From NCBI GenBank assembly GCA_963769935.1, contig CAVYNY010000018.1:128001-192000 (forward strand): DNA of 64,000 bases, given 5' to 3'. Below, one piece after another: positions 49,890-59,799 of this stretch (position 1 is its first letter; each line of letters opens with the position of its first letter). Position numbers and translations under genes: made by a program. This stretch comes from an uncultured delta proteobacterium (lineage in GTDB: Bacteria > Desulfobacterota > Desulfobacteria > Desulfobacterales > JAFDCJ01). The notes below the pieces were generated by a model that saw nothing but the letters and a program-made list of their open reading frames with translations, searched no databases and had not been told where the DNA came from.

Positions 49890-50133
49890 CGGCAATGATG
49901 ACATAAGCGCGCTCCGCAATCTTGCGGGTATTGGCCTGCTGGGGTTGTTGCTGGCCAAAATCGTTTATGAAACGGCCACCGGTTCAACCATTTTTGTCGA
50001 CAACACCCAGACCAGCATGACTGCGGTGCCCCTGTCGCACCTGGCCGGCGGACTGGTCGGAATAGCAGCAGGAGCGTCGATTTTGGGTACGAAAAAGAAA
50101 ACTTTCGGCCTGGCGAATATAGGAAACCATTGA
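49890..50133 (+). pseudogene. C-terminal fragment of a rhombosortase-like rhomboid protease
   Basis: LLLAKIVYETATG...VPLSHLAGGLVG includes the catalytic-His helix; N-terminal part absent. Confidence 0.55.
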
Positions 50134-50304
50134 ATAACTCGATTTTAATCCTTCAATTCATATTCCGCCCGGTTTTTCAATTCTCACATTCGGGCGTTGA
50201 GATTTTTCTTCCTTGGGGCTTGCATATATTCAAATCAGCATGTTAAGGGTTTATTAAATTGTAAACCGTAACTTCCATAACTGCAAAGGGAGGGATGTTA
50301 ATCC

Positions 50305-51756
50305 ATGAACGCGTCGAAATCCGTCATCATTGGATTGGCCCTCATCCTGGTGGTAGCAATCGGCTATACGCTTTACCTTTATCAAGGTCCAATTAAACGA
50401 ATTTCAACTGAAAATAAAAATCTGGCCGCAGAAATCGATCAGCTGCAGGCAAGCTCGGTAAATATGAATGCCGATTATAAAGCCCGGCTCGACGAAAAAA
50501 TCCAGCAGGTGGAAGAACTTGAAAGTAAAGTGAAAGCGTTGGAGGAGACGGTTGCCCGAGTCAATAAAGAAAAGCAATTAGCCGAATCTGCGCTCGAAAA
50601 TCTGGTTTCACAGGCCAAAAAAGAAAGGGAAAGTGTCGAAGCCGAGCTTCAATCACAAGTCGCTGGTTTGGAAACCCAGCTGACCGAAAGGCAACGCGAG
50701 CTGCAAACATCCCGCAGCGAAACCCAGCAGCTCCAAACGGCTTCCGAAGAAATGAAAGCGACCTATAAAACCGAGCTTGCCGATAAAATTCAGCTCGTGG
50801 AAAGCCTTCAAAGTAAAAGCAGCGAACTGGAAGAGACGCTTTCACGAATCAAAAAAGATGCTGAGACGCTTGAAACCGATCTGCGGGCAACGATAGAGAG
50901 CCTGAAGAATCAGCTGGCGCAATGGGACCGCGAGTTGCAAGCGTCACGCGAAGAAGTGCAAAAGCTGCGCAGCACCGTGGCCCTCCTGGCAAGCAGCCGG
51001 GAGACGCTCAGCCAAAAGTCGGCAGATCTTGACCGGCAGCTGCTGGCGTCCAAAAATCAAATTGAAGGAATGCAAAAAGAAATAGCGGACCAGAAGACAC
51101 AACTCGCAGAGGCCGCGCAAGCGCGTCAGACGCTGATGAAGGAAGTCGATTCGCTGCAAAAGGAAAAGGACGAACTCCAGCGGCTGCGAAGCGCGCTGAA
51201 AAATCAGCTCGGAATGACCCAAAGTCAGATCGCGGAGCTGTCCATGGAGACGGAGGCCAAGGAAAAACAGTTAAAGTCAAAAGAAGACCAGTTAAAGTCA
51301 ATGCAGGAGGCCTTGCAGGAACTCTCAAAACAGTTTGAAAAACAAATTACACAAAAAGAAATAGAAATCAGCGCCCTGGAAGACAAACTAAACATACGTT
51401 TGCTGGATAAAATTCTGTTTGCCTCCGGCAGCGCAGAAATTACTTCGGCCGGTCACCGGGTATTGGAAGGCCTCGCGGCTGAATTGAAAAAAATGAAGGG
51501 ATTTGAGATAGCGGTGGCGGGCCATACCGACAACAAACTCTTGGGACCCACACTCAAAAAGGTATATTATGACAATCTGGGGCTGTCGGTCGCACGTGCC
51601 GCCGCGGTCTCGCGCACACTGAGAGAGATGGGTGTCAGTCCCGACAACCTGTCTGCCGTCGGATACTCCATGTATCGCCCCGTGGCGAGCAATGACACCG
51701 TGGAGGGACGCCAGCAAAACCGCCGGGTGGAAATAATGCTGGAGCCGCTGCGTTAA
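50305..51756 (+). CDS. OmpA/MotB C-terminal domain protein with long coiled coil
   Basis: One N-terminal TM, ~330 aa of heptad repeats, ILFASGSA, GHTDN, LSVARA, NRRVEI. Confidence 0.9.
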   Translation: MNASKSVIIGLALILVVAIGYTLYLYQGPIKRISTENKNLAAEIDQLQASSVNMNADYKARLDEKIQQVEELESKVKALEETVARVNKEKQLAESALENLVSQAKKERESVEAELQSQVAGLETQLTERQRELQTSRSETQQLQTASEEMKATYKTELADKIQLVESLQSKSSELEETLSRIKKDAETLETDLRATIESLKNQLAQWDRELQASREEVQKLRSTVALLASSRETLSQKSADLDRQLLASKNQIEGMQKEIADQKTQLAEAAQARQTLMKEVDSLQKEKDELQRLRSALKNQLGMTQSQIAELSMETEAKEKQLKSKEDQLKSMQEALQELSKQFEKQITQKEIEISALEDKLNIRLLDKILFASGSAEITSAGHRVLEGLAAELKKMKGFEIAVAGHTDNKLLGPTLKKVYYDNLGLSVARAAAVSRTLREMGVSPDNLSAVGYSMYRPVASNDTVEGRQQNRRVEIMLEPLR

Positions 51757-51787
51757 AAGTTGTCTTTGTGCTTCTTGCGCAAAAGAA

Positions 51788-52765
51788 TTGAAAATGACAT
51801 TCAAACTATATCTCGCGCCGTTGCGGGGCTTTACGGACTATATCTTCCGCAATACGTTTAACCGGCATTTTAATGGCTTCGACGCCGCCGTCACACCCTT
51901 TATCTCGACCACGGAGACCAGCCGCGCTAAACTCTCTTATCTCACGGATATCCTGCCTGAAAACAACCCGGCCCTGCCCATTGTACCCCAGATCATCGGC
52001 AACAACCCCGCCTATTTTGTTCCCCTTGCCGAACAGTTGTATGAGATGGGTTATTCAACTGTAAACTGGAACCTGGGATGCCCTTATCCCATGGTGGCCA
52101 AAAAACAGCGCGGCAGCGGACTTTTGCCGTTTCCCGAAAAAATCGATGCGTTTCTGGAAAAAACACTGTCTTGCATTCCCAACCGCATGTCCATAAAAAC
52201 CCGCCTGGGCCGCAATAAGTCGAATGAAATTTTTCAACTGATGCCGATTTTCAACCGCTATCCCCTGGAAGAGATTGTCATTCATCCCAGAACCGGCAGA
52301 CAAATGTACGAAGGCGAGCCGGATCTGGAGGCTTTCGAAAAATGTATCGAATCGACGCATCACCGAATTGTCTACAACGGCGACATTACGGACCTGGCAA
52401 CGTTCCAGCGCTTCTCAACCCGCCTCAGGGCTACGGACCGCTGGATGATCGGCCGGGCAGCCGTGGCCAATCCATTTCTACCGGCCATTGTCAAGAATGG
52501 TAAAGACGACTTCATCAACAAGGTTGAAACCTTCAGGCAGTTTTACGAAGAGTTGTTCGAACGCTATCAGATGGAATTTTCGGGTCCCGGTCATTTGCTG
52601 GCCAGAATGAAGGGATTTTGGACCTATTTTTCGCAGTCGTTTGAAGACGGCCGTAATATCCGCAAAAAAATCCATCGCACCCGTAAACTCCAACGCTATT
52701 TGGATATTGTTGCGCGGTTTTTTGAAGAAGAGGCGCAATGGCAAGAATCTTCTTCCAACCATTAA
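51788..52765 (+). CDS. tRNA-dihydrouridine synthase family protein
   Basis: LAPLRG, NLGCP, KTRLG, HPRT, YNGDI, MIGR. Confidence 0.92.
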   Translation: MKMTFKLYLAPLRGFTDYIFRNTFNRHFNGFDAAVTPFISTTETSRAKLSYLTDILPENNPALPIVPQIIGNNPAYFVPLAEQLYEMGYSTVNWNLGCPYPMVAKKQRGSGLLPFPEKIDAFLEKTLSCIPNRMSIKTRLGRNKSNEIFQLMPIFNRYPLEEIVIHPRTGRQMYEGEPDLEAFEKCIESTHHRIVYNGDITDLATFQRFSTRLRATDRWMIGRAAVANPFLPAIVKNGKDDFINKVETFRQFYEELFERYQMEFSGPGHLLARMKGFWTYFSQSFEDGRNIRKKIHRTRKLQRYLDIVARFFEEEAQWQESSSNH

Positions 52766-53003
52766 CGGAGAGGCGGCTGCACGGGGCGGGCGGGTTTTAC
52801 ATTCATACCTGAAATTGCGGACTAATTGATTATTTCAAAGGTGAAGTGATCGCCGTTTCCCATCTATTTTCTTTGCATTTTATGAAAAAAATTTTCGCCA
52901 CCAAGACGCAAAGATGAAAATTAACTAAAGGTTTTACTTCGGGTCTTGGTGGCAATCTTTTCCGGCTTGTCCGGGTTAGGTTTTGAAACCAGTTCTAAAC
53001 AAG

Positions 53004-53648
53004 CTATCGTTGAAGGCCCGTATTTGCAGCTTCCCAAATCCGTTGGTACTCCGAACGAACACTTTCGTTCAGTTTATCCTTTAATTCCAGCGGCAGGTTC
53101 ATCGCAATCATTAAATCTTGAACATCGGCAAGATCGCGCATGCGATGAGTCGCACTCAATCCGGAGGCCAATTTTAGTTCAATCAGTTTATCAAGCTTAA
53201 TTACCAGAACATCGTCTTCTTCGATTGTTTGGCCTTCAGGCTCAGGAAAGGAAACCGGTTTAGGCAATCCGTCACCGGGAAATTCTCCGGCGGTAATAAT
53301 TTCGATTTTTACGTTGGTTTCGGTATCACGAAATGATTTTGCAGCACCGGGAAAATCCGCAACGTAATCTCGACCGACAAGCTTATCTCGGAACCGCGTC
53401 AGTCCTTCAGGAGTTAGCAGGATATCAACATCAAGGGTCATACGAACGTATCCATGCGCAGCCAGGGCCATGCCGCCGATAACGGCGTAAGGGATACCTT
53501 CGGTTTCCAGGCGTTGAGCCAGGCGTCTCATGGTTTCAAAAACAATACCTTTTTTCATAAAAAAGTCATCCGCTAACATAAGGACATCACGGAAAGACCT
53601 ATTTCTCCGCTTTGGAAAGTTGCCCGTTGTTGGTTTGGGAGTCGACAT
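53004..53648 (-). CDS. Nucleotidyltransferase-family protein
   Basis: YAVIGGMALAAHGYVRMTLDVDILL, LIELKL, RDLADV. Confidence 0.8.
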   Translation of the reverse strand: MSTPKPTTGNFPKRRNRSFRDVLMLADDFFMKKGIVFETMRRLAQRLETEGIPYAVIGGMALAAHGYVRMTLDVDILLTPEGLTRFRDKLVGRDYVADFPGAAKSFRDTETNVKIEIITAGEFPGDGLPKPVSFPEPEGQTIEEDDVLVIKLDKLIELKLASGLSATHRMRDLADVQDLMIAMNLPLELKDKLNESVRSEYQRIWEAANTGLQR

Positions 53649-54029
53649 GATCAGAACAATAACAGACCATTGGCTTTCCGGTCAAATTTAAAGTGAAACA
53701 TCAAATTTAAAAGCGGAAAATATCCTTTTATTAACCACTATTCCATCTTTCCATTATTCCTTGATTGAGGCAATAATCGGGATCTCAAAAAATCTCATTT
53801 ATTTTATTTAAGTTGTAGATATTCCGAGATGTTTAATCCTGAAATTAATGGCATAAGAAGATCCTCCATGTATCTCTTTTTTATAAGACGTCTTGCACCC
53901 GTTGAAAATTGTCAATACCATATTGAGGTGTTGTGAATTAATTAGTATGTTGACAAAAGTTACGTATGTGTATTATTATTGCGCATGTAACGTATAATTA
54001 CAGCCAACAATTATGGGAGATAAGTCGAA

Positions 54030-54302
54030 ATGTCAGTACGAGTTCAAGTCATTTTGAATGAAAAGGAAGCGACTCGATTTAAATCACAGGCGCTGAAAGA
54101 GTCGAAATCCCTCAGTGCATGGTTGCGTGATGCCGGCAATAAAATGATAGACCTAAACCAGCAGCAGCAACGGTTGACAGATCCGGATTCCCTGAAACGA
54201 TTCTTTAAAAAATGCAACCAGCAAGACAGCGGCATAGAGCCGGATTGGGAGGATCATAAGAGGCTTATATTGGACAGCTATCAGGCAGGTAATAAACCAT
54301 GA
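54030..54302 (+). CDS. Antitoxin (RHH-like)
   Basis: RVQVIL strand plus SLSAWLR helix; ATGA overlap with the PIN gene. Confidence 0.75.
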   Translation: MSVRVQVILNEKEATRFKSQALKESKSLSAWLRDAGNKMIDLNQQQQRLTDPDSLKRFFKKCNQQDSGIEPDWEDHKRLILDSYQAGNKP

Positions 54303-54685
54303 TCTTTGTAGATAGCAATGTATTTATCTATGCCGTCGGGCGACCCCACCCATTAAAAACAGAGGCACAAAACTTTTTTATTGATTCCGGCAAAAAGGGG
54401 AAAAGGCTCGTCACATCGGCCGAAGTTTTACAGGAATTGCTGCATGTCTATTTACCCGTCGAGCGCATGGCAACCCTTGATGCCGCCATGGCGCTTGCGA
54501 CACAAGGGGTTGATCAAATCATCCCGATCGATTCCGCCGCCGTTTTACACGCACGCAACCTCGTCGATAATTTTCCCGGATTAACCGCCAGGGATCTGTT
54601 GCATCTTTCAGTGTGTCAGCTTCATAATATCAAAAATTTGAAAACCTTCGACCGCAATTTGCTTGCCGCCTTTAAAAAGGGCTGA
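54299..54685 (+). CDS. vapC: VapC-type PIN toxin
   Basis: IFVDSNVFIY, EVLQE, ARDLLH, TFD. Confidence 0.9.
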   Translation: MIFVDSNVFIYAVGRPHPLKTEAQNFFIDSGKKGKRLVTSAEVLQELLHVYLPVERMATLDAAMALATQGVDQIIPIDSAAVLHARNLVDNFPGLTARDLLHLSVCQLHNIKNLKTFDRNLLAAFKKG

Positions 54686-54704
54686 ATCAGCGCTTCGCTT
54701 GTAT

Positions 54705-54945
54705 CGAATTGAAGCAGCAAAATCCCGGCTTGACACGAACTTTTTCGGCTCTTTAAGAGTTTGCCGAGCTGTTTTGCCAGACATGCGCCGGCAACACGGT
54801 GGGTATATTATTAATATCAGCTCTAGCGGCGGATTGATTGGTCTGCCCTTCCAGAGCGCCTATTGCGCGAGTATATTCGCGCTGGAGGGTGCGATGGATG
54901 CCTTGCGCGGAGGTGCGACCCTTCGGCATCCACGTTGTGCTGGAA
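54705..54945 (+). pseudogene. Internal fragment of an SDR oxidoreductase
   Basis: TNFFG, IINISS, YCASI (YxxxK Lys lost); frameshift before EVRPFGIHVVL; no Rossmann N-terminus. Confidence 0.8.
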
Positions 54946-55198
54946 GATTTGGATCAAGAGCCACTTGAAATAATTGTTAATTCAGAAAAATAGTATGTTA
55001 ACTGAGAGTTGATAAGCATTTTTAATTACAAGATAATATCTTGACGACACTGTGACGATGTCGTACTTTCAATCAAAAAGATCGACCCGACCTGATGAAA
55101 AAAATGCCATATTAGGTTTTTCTGCTTTGAGCTTTCAGTCTGCCCAAGATGCGGCGGATCTTCGATGTTTAGTTTTGAGCTTCGCCCGGAGGGCGCCT

Positions 55199-58100
55199 AT
55201 GCAATGCCCCAAATGTCATTCCGACAACCCTGACGCTGCCAAATTTTGCATCGAATGCGCCAGGCCGCTTGAAACTAAATGTCCACAGTGCGGCGCGATG
55301 AACCCCGCCAAAGCGAAATTCTGCATGGAGTGCGCCCACAATTTAAAAGAGCCGGCGGAAAGTCCTCCCGCAATTCAGCCGGAATCATTAATCGAGGCTT
55401 CCGGCGCCGATACCGACCAACGCACGGATTCGCATCAATTTTTGGAAGGCGAACGCAAACATGTAACGGTTCTTTTTTCGGATCTGTCCGGCTACACCGC
55501 CATGTCGGAAATTCTGGACCCGGAAGAGGTCAAGGAAATTGTAAACCGCATTTTCGGCCAAATAAAATCCGTAATCGCCAAATACGAGGGATTCATTGAA
55601 AAGTTCGCCGGCGATGCCGTGATGGCAATTTTTGGTGTCCCCCGCGCCCATGAAGATGACCCTGTCAGGGCGATAAAAGCTGCCAGTGAAATCCACGATC
55701 TGGTAGACGAAATAAGCCCAGGCCTGGCCGCCAAAATCGGCCGGCCGCTGAACATGCACACCGGCATCAATACCGGCCTGGTAGTAACCGGTGAAATAGA
55801 CCCGGACAAGGGCACCCACAGTGTCTCAGGCGATACCCTCAACGTGGCCTCACGATTGAGTGATCTGGCAGAAGCGGGTCAAATTCTGGTGGGCCAAGCG
55901 ACCTATCGGGGCTGTGAGGGTTACTTCACGTTTGAAAGTCTAAATCCCACCATGGTCAAGGGCAAACAGGAGCCGGTTCCCATTTACAGATTGCTGAGCG
56001 CCAAAGAAGAGCCCATCACCACGCGGTGCGCATCGTGTTTAACAGCGGAGCTGGTCGGCCGCAATGCCGAACTGGCTCAGCTGCAGGAAGCGTTTGGCCG
56101 GCTTCAGCAAGGCAAGGCAACAATTCTGTCCATTGCCGGCGATGCCGGCACGGGCAAAAGCCGCCTGGTCGAGGAGTTCAGATCTTCGCTGGATCTCACT
56201 AAAATTCAATGGCTTCAGGGTCATGCCTATGGCTATTCCCAGACTATGCCTTATTTCCCTTTAATTGATCTGCTGAACCGGACACTACAAATTGAAGAAG
56301 GAGATCCGCCCGAAAGGGTCAGACACAAAATCGAATCCGGCATCGAGTTGCTGGCCGAAGATCGAAAAGACATTGCACCGTATATCGGACGGCTGTATGC
56401 GCTCGATTACCCGGAACTGGCGCAGATCACTCCTGAAAACTGGAAATCCCACCTTCAAAAGGCTGTCCGCACGGTGTTGTCGAATCTGACCCGCACCAAA
56501 GCGACAATTGTCTGCCTGGAGGATCTGCAGTGGTCGGATCCCTCTACGCTGGAGCTGCTGCGCTTTCTCCTATCCGACATCAGCGACCCGGCCATGTTTT
56601 TGTGTACCTACCGACTCCCCTTCAGTATTTTCACCAGTCATCAGCTAAGCGGTCTGGGCAAATCCTATCAGGAAATTCAGCTGAAGGATTTATCCGCTTC
56701 CGAAGCCCAGGTCATGGTGCAATCCCTGCTGCAGACGGAAAACATTCCTGCCGCCCTGCAAAAGTTCATTCAAGATAAGCTGGAAGGCAATCCCTTTTAT
56801 ATGGAAGAAGTCATCAATGCCTTGATTGAGTCGGAGTCTCTCGTCCGTGAAAACGGCGGCTGGAAGCTGACCCGTCCGGTGGCTGAACTGGAAGTGTCAT
56901 CAACCGTTTACGGGGTTATATCCGCCCGGCTCGACCGGCTGGAAAAGGAAGCCAAACGGATTCTCCAGGAAGCCTCGGTTATCGGAAGAACCTTCTTGTA
57001 TGAAATTTTAAAAAGCGTTTCAGAACTAAAGGACAGCCTCGACCGGTGCCTGAGCAGTCTCGAACGGCTTGATTTGATCAGAGCCAGAGCCCTTCATCCC
57101 GACCTGGAGTATTTTTTCAAGCATGCCATGACCCAGGAGGTGGTCTACAACGGTTTGCTTAAAAAGGAGCGCCGCGACATCCACGAACGTGTCGGACTTG
57201 TCATGGAACAGGTTTTTCACGAAAGACTTCCGGAGCTTTATGAAACCCTGGCTTTCCATTTCAAACAGGGCCACTCGGTCCCCAAGGCCATCACATACCT
57301 GGTGAAATCAGGTGAAAAAAGCCTGGAACGATATTCTGTTGAGGAAGCCCATCAATTCTATCAGCAGGCTTTTGAAATTCTGGCTGCGAAAACCGAGAAG
57401 TCAAAAGAAGAAGAAGCCATCCTGATCGACCTGCTAAACAGCTGGGGGTACGTCTACTATTATCTGGGAGATTTCAAAGAATTCACGACGCTGTTCGCTG
57501 CCAACCGGGATCTGGCGGAATCGCTGGGCGATGACGAAAGGCTCGGCATGTTCTACGTATGGCTTGGTATCGCCGATTCAATGTCCGGCCGGGCCAAAGA
57601 CGGCTATGAATACCTGATTAAAGCAAAAAATCTCGGCGAAAAATGCAGCAACTTAAAAATAGAGGGCTATGCCTGTACCTGGCTCGCATGGAACTGCGCC
57701 GATTTGGGGCTCTATGACGAGGGACTCCGCCACGGGGAAAGGGCCCAGCTGATCGCCAAGGATTTTCCGGCCGATCAATATCTTTTCTTCAAGTCCCTGG
57801 CAGGGCTGGCATTTGTCTACAGCTTTATGGGCCTACCCCGGAAAGCAGTTGAATGCGGCAAAATCCTGCTGGAACATGGCCGAAAATATTCCAACAGCCG
57901 CAGTAATGTGATGGGGCACTATGCCATGTCCATGGGGTATGCCATGGCCGGAGATTTTGAGGCCTGCATAAAAAGCAGCCGCCAGGCGATTGCGGTTTCC
58001 AAAGATCCTTTCTACTCCAAGTTTCCTGCCATTGCGATGAATTTAGCCTATGCCTTAGACGGACAAAATGAAAAAGTTTTGGAGACCCAGCAGGAATTGG

Positions 58101-58606
58101 TCGAATTTTGCGAAAAGTACGAGATTGGAGAGCTTCTGATATATGAAAATATTATCCGCGGTGCCGCACTGGTGGCAAGCGGCCGGATGGATCAGGGGTT
58201 GAAGATAATCGAGGAGAGCCGCCAAACCTCCAGCAAAAACGGGAGAAGAACGCCGCTGGCTATATCCGAGTATGTGCTTGGCATGATTTATTCTCAGATC
58301 GCGACCGGCCCCAGGCCGAAACTATCCATCATGGCCAAAAATGTCGGCTTTTTAATGAAGAACGTACCTTCCGCGAGCAGAAAAGCGGAAGCGCATTATC
58401 AAAAAGCCATCGAATTGAGTGAAGAAATCGGTGCGAATGGGTATAGGGGTATATCATACCTCGGGCTCGGGCAATTTTACCAGGCCAGGAAGAAAACCGA
58501 TAAAGCGCGACAATATATCGGCAGGGCTATCGAGATACTTGAGGAATGTAAAGCAGAACAGTTTTTGCAGCAGGCCAAGCAAGCGCTGATGTCGCTGAAT
58601 GAATGA
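55199..58606 (+). CDS. Adenylate/guanylate cyclase with double Zn ribbon, STAND AAA ATPase and TPRs
   Basis: CPKC..CIEC..CPQC..CMEC; VLFSDLSGYT, KFAGDAVMA, GDTLNVASRL; GDAGTGKS; EDLQW; ATG after GGAGGG. Confidence 0.93.
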   Translation: MQCPKCHSDNPDAAKFCIECARPLETKCPQCGAMNPAKAKFCMECAHNLKEPAESPPAIQPESLIEASGADTDQRTDSHQFLEGERKHVTVLFSDLSGYTAMSEILDPEEVKEIVNRIFGQIKSVIAKYEGFIEKFAGDAVMAIFGVPRAHEDDPVRAIKAASEIHDLVDEISPGLAAKIGRPLNMHTGINTGLVVTGEIDPDKGTHSVSGDTLNVASRLSDLAEAGQILVGQATYRGCEGYFTFESLNPTMVKGKQEPVPIYRLLSAKEEPITTRCASCLTAELVGRNAELAQLQEAFGRLQQGKATILSIAGDAGTGKSRLVEEFRSSLDLTKIQWLQGHAYGYSQTMPYFPLIDLLNRTLQIEEGDPPERVRHKIESGIELLAEDRKDIAPYIGRLYALDYPELAQITPENWKSHLQKAVRTVLSNLTRTKATIVCLEDLQWSDPSTLELLRFLLSDISDPAMFLCTYRLPFSIFTSHQLSGLGKSYQEIQLKDLSASEAQVMVQSLLQTENIPAALQKFIQDKLEGNPFYMEEVINALIESESLVRENGGWKLTRPVAELEVSSTVYGVISARLDRLEKEAKRILQEASVIGRTFLYEILKSVSELKDSLDRCLSSLERLDLIRARALHPDLEYFFKHAMTQEVVYNGLLKKERRDIHERVGLVMEQVFHERLPELYETLAFHFKQGHSVPKAITYLVKSGEKSLERYSVEEAHQFYQQAFEILAAKTEKSKEEEAILIDLLNSWGYVYYYLGDFKEFTTLFAANRDLAESLGDDERLGMFYVWLGIADSMSGRAKDGYEYLIKAKNLGEKCSNLKIEGYACTWLAWNCADLGLYDEGLRHGERAQLIAKDFPADQYLFFKSLAGLAFVYSFMGLPRKAVECGKILLEHGRKYSNSRSNVMGHYAMSMGYAMAGDFEACIKSSRQAIAVSKDPFYSKFPAIAMNLAYALDGQNEKVLETQQELVEFCEKYEIGELLIYENIIRGAALVASGRMDQGLKIIEESRQTSSKNGRRTPLAISEYVLGMIYSQIATGPRPKLSIMAKNVGFLMKNVPSASRKAEAHYQKAIELSEEIGANGYRGISYLGLGQFYQARKKTDKARQYIGRAIEILEECKAEQFLQQAKQALMSLNE

Positions 58607-58696
58607 TATCCTCATATTCTTTGAGCTTTCAGCTATCAGTCCGCCAAAAAGACGGCGGATCTGTGACTTTGAGCTCTGCCCTCCGGAGGGCAGCCA

Positions 58697-59676
58697 ATGA
58701 AATGCCGTAAATGCCAGTTGGAAAATTGAGCGTGCAAACACGCTTTGAGGCCGCAGAAGAAATGGGCTTCACCGCTTTTGCCGGGAGAAAGGCTGAATTA
58801 GCCACTTTGCATTCCTGCCTGGAAAAGACAGTGGCGGGCAAGGGCCAATTCGTCACTATCATGGGCGAGGCAGGGTTAGGTAAAGGTCGGCTTGTCTATG
58901 AATTCCGCCACGGTCTGAATAGATCAAAGATCACGTTTCTGCAAGGCCGCTGCCAGTCCTACGGAACAAGCACACCCTATTTTCCCCATATTAATGCTTT
59001 AAGGCGCAGGCTCAATTTGCGTGACGGAGACACAGCCATCGAATTGCATGAAAAGGCGGTTTCTAATGTCCTGGCAATTGATTCGTCACTTGAAAAATAC
59101 ATGCCTGTCTACCTGCACTTGCTGTCGATCCCGAGCCAAGTTTACCCCTTGCCGCAACACCTGCACGGCCGGGAGCTTACCAATGCGATCCTGGAAGCCC
59201 TGTCTGCGCTCTTTATTCTCAACTCCCAAAAGCGGCCGATGGTGTTGGCTTTTGAAGACTGGCATTGGGTTGACGAGGCCTCAGACTCGGCCTTAAAGCA
59301 GATCATCAGTCTAAACGGGAAGCTTGGAAAAGCAATCGAAGCCGCTGAGAAAGCCCTGGGAATTTTCCGCCAAACAGAAGAGCGTTACTTTGGCGCCTGG
59401 GCCCTCTTTGCTATGGCAAAGATTCAGTCCGATAAGCACTCCGGGCAGCCGGAACAGCTAATGCAGAGGTATCTCCAGGCCAAAGATCTGGCGGGTAAAC
59501 TAAAAATGCGCCCGTTGCTGGCACACTGCCGCCTGGAACGCGGGCAATTCTACACCAGAACGGGAGAAAATGAAAAAGCACGCTCTGAACTTTTAAAAGC
59601 CATCGAGTTATACCGTTTTTTAGGTATGAGATTCTGGCAGCCAAAGGCCGAAGCAAAACTTAACGAAGTATCATGA
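58697..59676 (+). pseudogene. Internally deleted paralogue of the STAND cyclase
   Basis: RBS plus MKCRKCQLEN-stop, out-of-frame jump to the ATPase part (GEAGLGKG, EDWHW), then a jump to the last TPRs. Confidence 0.8.
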
Positions 59677-59719
59677 TTAATCCGCCCTGAAAAATGCCGC
59701 ATTCAGAGTTGTAAATTGT
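59676..59719 (+). repeat. End of AATCCGCCCTGAA-family element
   Basis: ATTAATCCGCCCTGAAAAATGCCGCATTCAGAGTTGTAAATTGT, abutting the TGA stop. Confidence 0.65.
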
Positions 59720-59799
59720 ACTTCGAAGATCGAGTCAAAAATATCTTCCTGAAGACCTCATCCATTATTAATTATTTTCAAAACCTTGCGAGCATACTG

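Noticed and set aside
55052..55198. N-terminal extension of the cyclase
   Set aside because: Repeat/leader DNA; the Zn ribbon starts at ATG 55199 after GGAGGG
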